From positions 900,001-932,000 of the forward strand of contig NC_009033.1 of NCBI RefSeq assembly GCF_000015945.1: a stretch of 32,000 bases of DNA, written 5' to 3'. Each line of letters opens with the position of its first letter. Positions within the stretch are counted from its first letter, which is position 1. The notes under the pieces were generated by a model. The model was not told the DNA's origin. It saw only the letters and a list, made by a program, of their open reading frames with translations, and did not search any database. The DNA comes from Staphylothermus marinus F1. Lineage in GTDB: Archaea > Thermoproteota > Thermoprotei_A > Sulfolobales > Desulfurococcaceae. Below are positions 25,090 to 32,000 of the stretch, piece by piece. The translations under genes were made by a program, and so were the position numbers.

Positions 25090-26619
25090 TTATTTTCTAC
25101 TTTTAAGAAATCTCATTGCAAATATTCTCTTATTCAAATTCCAAAGATTTATGTATTTATCAGTATACTTTACATTCCCATTGAAAACCTTCTCAACCAA
25201 TTCCTTATCATCAATCCAACTACTCAACGGAAAACCTAACCACCCCATTATAAGTGAGGCGACAGCAGTATTATTAATGATCTCATTCAATATTTTATAT
25301 CCACCAAGATCTTTCATAATAAAAACCCCTAACGGATGATGATGAAGTCTACATTTTCTTCTATATATTTTATCATAAACTTTTAAATCAGTAATCCAGT
25401 ATCCCATATCAAAGTCAGGGTAAAGATATATATCTGGTAGATCTTTTAGATAAGGTCCCGAGAAAATTTGATCTTTTAGCCATACATGCTTTATTCCCTT
25501 ATACTTTTCTAAAATCTTAACTATTTCAACGGGGCTAACATTATATTTTTTCTTGTTAAGTATTATACCAAATGAGGTTTCACCAAATAAAAACGCTTTC
25601 GATTCCTTATGATCTACTTCGGGAAACTTAAGCTTTATTTCCCTTTCAAATAAATTCTCATATATCTTTAAAATGGCTTTAGCTAAATGTTTCAAAACAG
25701 GTTTTCTAACAATTTTAACAAGTGGATTATTTAGAGGAATTAACAACAGCGGTTTGTTTTCTTCTGGTAATAATTTAGAATATTTTTCTATGCTAGAAGA
25801 TAATCCTTTTTCTGATAGCTTTATAAAGCCATGTTTATATAATATAGTGTTCACAGCAATAGTTTTATTATAGTAGGAGAAACCATGATCAGATACAATA
25901 ACCACGTTGTCTGTTATATCCTTTAATAGTTTAATAACGGAATCCAGCTTTCTGAAAATAATTTTTTCATGTTTCAATACTGTTTTATCTAGGACTTTGA
26001 ATTTCCTCTCTCGCTCACTTGCTAAATGTAATATTCTATCTGGTATCTCAAAATTCACCCAAATGAGTTTGTAATCGAATTTCTGTACTAAATTCTCAAT
26101 AATGCCGATTCTGTAATCTAGATCATCAATGTACTTTATTAAGAAATCATTAAGGGACTTATATGTGTATCGTCTATATTCAGTTAAATATTTTTGCAGA
26201 AACTTCGGGTAGGCTGTGGGTTTAGGAGTGAAGAAAGAAAAAGAAATAACATGCATTGTATTAGATACTGGTATGATAGGATAGGAAGGAACAGGATTTA
26301 TCATAAGAACAAAGTGTTTTAGTATTGCAATCATTTCATGTATTCGAGGATGTCCTAGATCCAAAGCATTAAATAATCTAGTTCTTTCACTATTGTATTT
26401 GAAGAAATCATATATTCCATGCTTACCCAAATTAACCCCACTCATCAGACTAGGCCAGGAGGAGGCTGTTTCCGGGGGAAAACAGTATATATTAGTGTTT
26501 ACATCAGCACTTGTAACAATGTATTTAAGGTTTGGCATTTCACCCGAATTTACCATTTTATTCAAGTATAGCCTTCCTAATCCATCCAATCCAATAACAC
26601 TAACACTTCTTTTATTCAT
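25090..26619 (-). CDS. alkaline-phosphatase-superfamily phosphodiesterase/nucleotide pyrophosphatase-like protein (paralogue 1)
   Basis: VIGLDGLG, PPETASSWPSLMSGVNLGKHGIYDFFKY, VVIVSDHGF and HHHPLGVF align with the NPP-type metal ligands and Thr nucleophile. There is no signal peptide or TM segment. The ORF is open to a TTG at 26637. I prefer the ATG at 26619. Confidence 0.75.
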   Translation of the reverse strand: MNKRSVSVIGLDGLGRLYLNKMVNSGEMPNLKYIVTSADVNTNIYCFPPETASSWPSLMSGVNLGKHGIYDFFKYNSERTRLFNALDLGHPRIHEMIAILKHFVLMINPVPSYPIIPVSNTMHVISFSFFTPKPTAYPKFLQKYLTEYRRYTYKSLNDFLIKYIDDLDYRIGIIENLVQKFDYKLIWVNFEIPDRILHLASERERKFKVLDKTVLKHEKIIFRKLDSVIKLLKDITDNVVIVSDHGFSYYNKTIAVNTILYKHGFIKLSEKGLSSSIEKYSKLLPEENKPLLLIPLNNPLVKIVRKPVLKHLAKAILKIYENLFEREIKLKFPEVDHKESKAFLFGETSFGIILNKKKYNVSPVEIVKILEKYKGIKHVWLKDQIFSGPYLKDLPDIYLYPDFDMGYWITDLKVYDKIYRRKCRLHHHPLGVFIMKDLGGYKILNEIINNTAVASLIMGWLGFPLSSWIDDKELVEKVFNGNVKYTDKYINLWNLNKRIFAMRFLKSRK

Positions 26620-26976
26620 AACGATATCGCCTTCCAAACGTCAGTACATGTTTAAACAACTTAGATTCTCCTATCAAAGATTACTATTAACTTAATCATG
26701 GATAATATAGCATTTACTATAATATACCAAAATATATTTAGTGTTTTAAAGTAGATATAGGTCTCTATAAGAAGCTTTTCTAACACATTACCATTCTATA
26801 TATCTATTCTATTATATATTTATATTGGTTTAATTTCAATGTATTAGAAGAATAAGATCTCTTCGAGTTTACACTGGTTTATAGTATTTTAATTCTTCCC
26901 CGATTATAGTTTATAGGGACATTATGCTTATAACTACTTATTATATATTATTGGTAAAAAATATTGGTGTTGAAGT

Positions 26977-28101
26977 GTGAGAATAGCTATAGTTCATCAT
27001 GATCTAAATTTTTTGGGTGGTGGGGAGAGATTATGTCTTACAACTATTGAAGCTTTCAAAGAGTGTGGTTGGAGCGTTGTATTAGCTACCCTCAAACAAA
27101 CTGATTGGTCAAGAATATCACATATATGGGGCCGTGTTATTAAACCAGATGAAGAGATTATTTTTTCAATTCCTATAAAAGGTTTTACTATTTATAAACG
27201 TTTATTAAGCTCTTTTATGTTTTCAATGCTTAGAAAGGATGTAGATTTGATAATTAATACTTATGGAAATCCTATACTAACCAATGCTGATATAACATAT
27301 ATGCATTTTCCAACTTTTGCATTATGGGATGAAAGTCATCGTAAATATGAAGAAGGCTTCTGGAAATTGTATTTTACTCCATATTATTTAGTGTCAAGAA
27401 AATTGGTTGAGAGGAGACTGAATACATTGATACTGACAAATTCTAAGTTCACTGCCGCAGTAATAAATAAGTTATTCAATCGTAGATCCTTCGTGGTATA
27501 TCCGCCTGTAAATGTTAATAAATATATTCAGCTAGAAGGAAGAAGAGAAAATAACATTGTATCCATTGGTAGATTTTCACCTGAGAAACGTTATGAACTA
27601 GTTGTTGAGATCGCTGAAAAGCTAAAAGACTTTCAATTCTATATAATTGGTTCAATAGCTAATACAGAGGAGAAAATGTATTATGAAAAAATTAAAAATA
27701 TGATAGAGGAACGGGACTTAAAAAACATAGAGCTCATACCAAATGCTCCTGATGAAAATGTAAGGAAGATATTATCCACCAGCAAAGTCTACCTACATTG
27801 TATGGTTAACGAACACTTTGGAATAGCTGTGGTTGAAGGTATGGCATCAGGACTAGTACCTGTAGTTCATAGAAGTGGTGGTACATGGCACGACATCGTT
27901 GAACATGGAAAATATGGTTATGGATATACAAGTTCGAATGAAGCAATTAAAATGATCAGGCATGCAATATATAATTATGAAAAAATGAAGCCTCTAGCTA
28001 GGAAGCGATCACTTGTCTTCAGCAGAGATCGTTTTAAGAAGAAAATAATATATATAGTAAGAGAATATGTTCGACTCGCTAATCTTTCACCGAAGAGATA
28101 A
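26977..28101 (+). CDS. GT4-family glycosyltransferase, ALG11-like (paralogue 1)
   Basis: GTG start. The N-terminal HHDLNFLGGGERL and the C-terminal NEHFGIAVVEGMASGLVPVVHRSGGTWHDIV (an EX7E-type motif) resemble the ALG11-type alpha-mannosyltransferase signatures as I recall them. Confidence 0.8.
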   Translation: MRIAIVHHDLNFLGGGERLCLTTIEAFKECGWSVVLATLKQTDWSRISHIWGRVIKPDEEIIFSIPIKGFTIYKRLLSSFMFSMLRKDVDLIINTYGNPILTNADITYMHFPTFALWDESHRKYEEGFWKLYFTPYYLVSRKLVERRLNTLILTNSKFTAAVINKLFNRRSFVVYPPVNVNKYIQLEGRRENNIVSIGRFSPEKRYELVVEIAEKLKDFQFYIIGSIANTEEKMYYEKIKNMIEERDLKNIELIPNAPDENVRKILSTSKVYLHCMVNEHFGIAVVEGMASGLVPVVHRSGGTWHDIVEHGKYGYGYTSSNEAIKMIRHAIYNYEKMKPLARKRSLVFSRDRFKKKIIYIVREYVRLANLSPKR

Positions 28102-28207
28102 AAAGGGGGAGCTTAACAAAACAAGATAAGCTAAGACTTTACGAAACAAATTAAATAATTAGAGACTACAGTATGATAAGACAAAAGAGGAACATAAGGC
28201 AACAAAA

Positions 28208-29767
28208 ATGTATCTAAATAAAATCGATGAGAGACTAGTAATCCTAGGTCTTGATGGTATGTCTAGAGAGATATTATTCTATGGTGTTGAGAAAGGATAT
28301 ATGCCTACCTTGAAGAAGCTGATCTCTAAGGGGATGGTTTTAAGGGATATGGATTGTATACCTCCATTAACACTTCCTTCTTGGACTTCTATTATGACTG
28401 GTGTTAATCCTGGGAAGCATGGAATATTTGATTTCTTCAAGTATAGAATAGTCTCTGAGAATAAATGGATTGCAGAACTAGTATCGGCGAATGAATTAGA
28501 GCATCCAAGAATACATGAGACCATAGGCCTATTAAATGGTAAGACTAGAATGTTTCTATTAAACATTATTCCAGGATACCCATTAATACCTTTTAGGAAC
28601 GCTGAGATTTTACAAATGGGTTTCTTTGCTCCAAAGATCTTATCAAGCCCCCTTAATATATTGGATGAGTATAGAGACTATATAGACGCTGCTAATAAGA
28701 TTAAATTCTATAAGTCCGTTGAATGCGAAGCACTGAAGAGGGGCAGAGAACTTCTTGAGGTATATCACGGAATAATAGAGAAAGCACTGAGAAAAAACTA
28801 TGACTTCTACTGGTTTGCAACCCCCTTCCCCGACTCTATTCTCCATAAATGCAATATTGCAGCTAAGAAATTATCCATGCTCAACAAGATCTATTCCGAA
28901 ATAGATAAGATAATTAAAGACATTACATTATCCATTGGAAACCTCATAATTGTATCGGATCATGGATTCAAATATTACAGGGGAAGAATATATGTGAACA
29001 GAATCCTATACGAGGAATCATTCATTACAAAGCCTCCTTCCAGTAAAGAATCGGGATCAGTGGATACTGTTAGTAAGAGCACAGATACAAAAATGTTCCA
29101 TGTAAGAGGCACACTATACAAAATAGCTTCCTCCAAGCTGTTAAGACCTTTGTCGAGAGCATTATTAAGAATAGCTAGAAAACTATTTTCAAAATTTGGA
29201 TATAATCTTGTATTAGAGTACGAGACTGGAATAGATTTTACTCGTTCCAAGGCTTTCATACCTGCGGATAAAGCAACAGCACCGCCTAGATTCTATATAG
29301 TATTAAACGATAACAATCCAGAAACTATTAATAAATTAAAGATGATCCTGAGAAAATATAATATAGTAGTTAAACAACCACAAGAAGTATTCGAGGGACC
29401 CTATGTAAACAGAGCTCCTGGATTAATCATAATTCCAGGCCCCAGTGATGATAAAGCTATATTATCCGGAACAATTTATTCACAGAAGATCTCTAATAGA
29501 GGCATAGCAACTCATTCTAGATACGGCATATTTGGTGCATATTTCGAAGACAACGTGTTTAACCTAGATTTATTACCGAATCCTGTTCCTAACACTATAC
29601 CGGCACCGATCGCATTATTGTTCTTGGGATACCCGATAAGCCATTTAACTGATCATATTGAGTTATTGGAGAAAATAGCAGGTAATGTGAGGACAGTTAA
29701 TGTTGTTGGTAGGTGGAGGATGTATAAGAAACTATATGCTCTAAGAACTAAGATGCTTAAACAATAA
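28208..29767 (+). CDS. alkaline-phosphatase-superfamily phosphodiesterase/nucleotide pyrophosphatase-like protein (paralogue 2)
   Basis: ILGLDGMS, PPLTLPSWTSIMTGVNPGKHGIFDFFKY, EHPRIHE, LIIVSDHGF and ATHSRYGIFG. It is a clear paralogue of 25090..26619. There is no signal peptide. Confidence 0.75.
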   Translation: MYLNKIDERLVILGLDGMSREILFYGVEKGYMPTLKKLISKGMVLRDMDCIPPLTLPSWTSIMTGVNPGKHGIFDFFKYRIVSENKWIAELVSANELEHPRIHETIGLLNGKTRMFLLNIIPGYPLIPFRNAEILQMGFFAPKILSSPLNILDEYRDYIDAANKIKFYKSVECEALKRGRELLEVYHGIIEKALRKNYDFYWFATPFPDSILHKCNIAAKKLSMLNKIYSEIDKIIKDITLSIGNLIIVSDHGFKYYRGRIYVNRILYEESFITKPPSSKESGSVDTVSKSTDTKMFHVRGTLYKIASSKLLRPLSRALLRIARKLFSKFGYNLVLEYETGIDFTRSKAFIPADKATAPPRFYIVLNDNNPETINKLKMILRKYNIVVKQPQEVFEGPYVNRAPGLIIIPGPSDDKAILSGTIYSQKISNRGIATHSRYGIFGAYFEDNVFNLDLLPNPVPNTIPAPIALLFLGYPISHLTDHIELLEKIAGNVRTVNVVGRWRMYKKLYALRTKMLKQ

Positions 29768-29771
29768 TTGT

Positions 29772-30911
29772 TTAGCTTGTAATAGAATCCATTATCTTCT
29801 TAAATCTTGTATGGAATTTTTCCCTACTAAACTCTTTGGAAGCATATTTATGTATTTTCCTAAATATTTTTGGATAGTTTTCGAGGGCTTCCCATATTTT
29901 CTCGATTGCTTCATCTATAGTTCTATACGAGTATCCATACTTATCTCTCTTAATAATATCATAGTATGCTCCGCCAGATCTATGAATAACAGGGACTAGT
30001 CCAGCAACCATTCCTTCAGCTACAGCCATTCCAAAATGTTCATATTTCATAGTATGCAATAATACACGTGAATGTATTAATAATTCTAATAGTTCTCTAC
30101 GAGAAGCATTAGGGACTAGTGTCAAGTTTGATAAGTTATGTTTATGTTTTAAAGCAAGTATTTTTAGGAAATAAGATTTATTCCTTGGATTACTAACGCT
30201 TCCAACAATAATGAATCTTAAGTTTCTTAATCTCTTAGCAATCTCAACAATAAACTCATAGTTTTTCTCTGGCGAAAACCTACCTATTGAAACTATATTA
30301 TAGGGTTCACTACCTTTTTTCTCAAAATATGCTTTTCCAAAAAACTCAACATCGATAGGTGGATATACTACTTGAGCGTCTATGTTAAGCTTGAGCTTGA
30401 TGACTGCTCTGCTAAAACTAGAATTACATAAAACAATTGAGTTCTCAAAGCTTGGGATTAGATGTCTTCTTAAAAGATCATATCCTGCAAGATATATTTT
30501 GTTAACTAATGAGCTAATACTTCCATGTTTATAAGGGTAGAATTCTTCGGCTATAAAACCTGGGAAATGCATATATACTATATCGGTAGCTATGGGTAAT
30601 GCGTCTCCATGAGTATTAATAACAATATTGAATCCCCGCTTGATCTTTAACTCCATGATTTTAGAAGCTATTAAACGAGTATAAATTGTAAATTTCCTTA
30701 TATGGAATGGGAGCAAGTAATAGTATTCATGAGGTAAAGTTTCAGATTCTATATTGAAAACCTTGATTAATTGTTTCCAATTAGTAGGCTCCACCGTAAA
30801 TAGTTTCACATAATAGTTCATTTTCTTCAACGATTCGATAATAGCTAAAGATACCTTCTCCGCACCACCTAAACCGCTTAGACTAGTATGTATAACCAAT
30901 GCTTTCCTCAT
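29772..30911 (-). CDS. GT4-family glycosyltransferase, ALG11-like (paralogue 2)
   Basis: HTSLSGLGGAEKV, NIVSIGRFSPEKNYEFIVEIA and YEHFGMAVAEGMVAGLVPVIHRSGGAYYDII. It is a clear paralogue of 26977..28101. Confidence 0.8.
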   Translation of the reverse strand: MRKALVIHTSLSGLGGAEKVSLAIIESLKKMNYYVKLFTVEPTNWKQLIKVFNIESETLPHEYYYLLPFHIRKFTIYTRLIASKIMELKIKRGFNIVINTHGDALPIATDIVYMHFPGFIAEEFYPYKHGSISSLVNKIYLAGYDLLRRHLIPSFENSIVLCNSSFSRAVIKLKLNIDAQVVYPPIDVEFFGKAYFEKKGSEPYNIVSIGRFSPEKNYEFIVEIAKRLRNLRFIIVGSVSNPRNKSYFLKILALKHKHNLSNLTLVPNASRRELLELLIHSRVLLHTMKYEHFGMAVAEGMVAGLVPVIHRSGGAYYDIIKRDKYGYSYRTIDEAIEKIWEALENYPKIFRKIHKYASKEFSREKFHTRFKKIMDSITS

Positions 30912-30914
30912 ACT

Positions 30915-31940
30915 TCACAACTCGTTGAGTCTATTTATTATCCTCTTCAATTTTTCTATGCTATTCCTAGATAATGTCTTCATCTTATCTTTTAGAGCAA
31001 CTATTTTTCTCTGCAGGTAAAATATACACTCATCATTATTCAAACATGTATCTAATAGTTTTCTAAGAGAGCCTTCCTTGTAGGTATAATATAGCGTGCT
31101 ACCACCTAGAATCTTACCCAGTGTACGTGTATAACTTGTAATAAACGGTTTCTCGAGCGCTATAGATTCCCATATACTTGAAAGCATTGTATATTCTCTA
31201 GTAGTCCCTGTAATTACCAGTTTTGAATGTTTTAAGATCCAGTAGTATTCTTCGCTTCCTATGTAGCCTGTTAAAACTATTTTATCACTGCTTCCTCTCC
31301 TAATTTTTTCAGCTAATTTCTTTCTTCTATTATAATTACCTGTTAACAATAACTTATAGGTTCTACTAGTGGTTGAAGACAGGAATTCCCTAACGATAAA
31401 TTCTAGGTTTTCATCAGGATCCCATGCTGCTGGGAAAACTATGTATTTTAATGGCTCGACATCTATGTTAGTAGGTTTTTTAAGATTTTCAGGAATTTGA
31501 GGGAAGGGATCGTATACAGTAATCACTCTACCCGGATCTAATCCTTTATATTTAATTAAATATTCTCGGAAAGGCTCATTATGTGCTATAACTAGTTCAC
31601 AGTATTTGAGAAAATTATGAAATGGTTTATTAAGGATAAGGCTTTTCCAAGAATCATATATGGAGAATCCTGTATGAACATCTGCTATGATACTATAGTG
31701 ATGTTTTTTCTTGTATATAAATGAACTAAATAACAACGGCCCCTGAGGCAATTGGAGAATTATTGTTTTAGGTCGAAATTCTAACAAGAATTTTTTGGTT
31801 TTAAAATATGCTTTTAAATATGGGGGTCTATCAGGTATAAATAATAAGTAAGAGTTAAGCTCCCTAGATAACTCAATAGTTCTTCTACCAATCCTGCCCC
31901 AAGCTAAAAACATTGTTTTCACTTTGTTTCTGCCCCTCAC
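30915..31940 (-). CDS. probable GT-B fold glycosyltransferase
   Basis: 341-aa ORF. Its stop lies 3 nt upstream of the GT4 paralogue 2 start, so they likely form an operon. The C-terminal LSSIWESIALEKPFITS resembles the degenerate E-x7-E/GxP region of GT-B enzymes. The assignment is weak. The start is the GTG at 31940 or the ATG at 31913. Confidence 0.45.
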   Translation of the reverse strand: MRGRNKVKTMFLAWGRIGRRTIELSRELNSYLLFIPDRPPYLKAYFKTKKFLLEFRPKTIILQLPQGPLLFSSFIYKKKHHYSIIADVHTGFSIYDSWKSLILNKPFHNFLKYCELVIAHNEPFREYLIKYKGLDPGRVITVYDPFPQIPENLKKPTNIDVEPLKYIVFPAAWDPDENLEFIVREFLSSTTSRTYKLLLTGNYNRRKKLAEKIRRGSSDKIVLTGYIGSEEYYWILKHSKLVITGTTREYTMLSSIWESIALEKPFITSYTRTLGKILGGSTLYYTYKEGSLRKLLDTCLNNDECIFYLQRKIVALKDKMKTLSRNSIEKLKRIINRLNEL

Positions 31941-32000
31941 AATTGATTCGAGAATATAAGATGTGTTTCAAATAGTTAAAAATATCTTCAAGAACATGGT

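Noticed and set aside
1-32000. A search for CRISPR arrays, transposases/IS elements, rRNA, toxin-antitoxin pairs or recognisable defence genes.
   Set aside because: By eye I found no regularly spaced direct repeats, no transposase/integrase-like ORF, and no nuclease/ATPase defence signatures. The only methyltransferase has no visible restriction partner inside the window.

Overview
This 32-kb window looks like a compact chromosomal segment from an AT-rich, probably hyperthermophilic archaeon. The best fit is a crenarchaeote of the Desulfurococcales type, but that taxon call is inference. It rests on two proteasome beta paralogues, sn-glycerol-1-phosphate dehydrogenase, aCPSF1, an Sm/L37e gene pair, an intron-containing tRNA, GC-rich RNA genes set in AT-rich DNA, and GGTG/GAGG Shine-Dalgarno-like motifs with frequent TTG/GTG starts.

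I support about 32 protein-coding genes. From left to right they are:
- a divergent C5-cytosine methyltransferase abutting a small SPOUT-like ORF
- an aldo/keto reductase
- a complete pstSCAB-phoU phosphate uptake operon with a divergent AbrB-PhoU fusion regulator
- thioredoxin reductase and S-adenosylhomocysteine hydrolase
- endonuclease V translationally coupled to a proteasome beta gene
- a truncated TFB-like zinc-ribbon protein and a NOG1-type GTPase
- an RNA-processing run (aCPSF1, NMN adenylyltransferase, RNA 3'-phosphate cyclase)
- a second proteasome beta gene, egsA, a long FKBP, a PUA protein, and Sm plus L37e
- from about 23.5 kb to the window end, a glycan-biosynthesis cluster

The RNA genes are tRNA-Met(CAT), tRNA-Arg(GCG) with a 21-nt intron, one convincing C/D box sRNA, and a second atypical candidate.

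Most of the window is housekeeping. These items deserve a second look:
1. The glycan cluster, where an ALG11-like GT4 glycosyltransferase plus a cytoplasmic alkaline-phosphatase-superfamily enzyme occurs twice as a paralogous two-gene module beside a flippase-like membrane protein.
2. An unexplained GC-rich structured island (about 56% GC) just upstream of the FKBP gene.
3. The methyltransferase/SPOUT-like pair at the left edge.
4. The truncated TFB paralogue.
5. The divergent pair of C-box elements next to tRNA-Arg.

I saw no CRISPR array, no integrase or transposase, and no rRNA. All homology statements come from reading motifs by eye, since no database search was possible.
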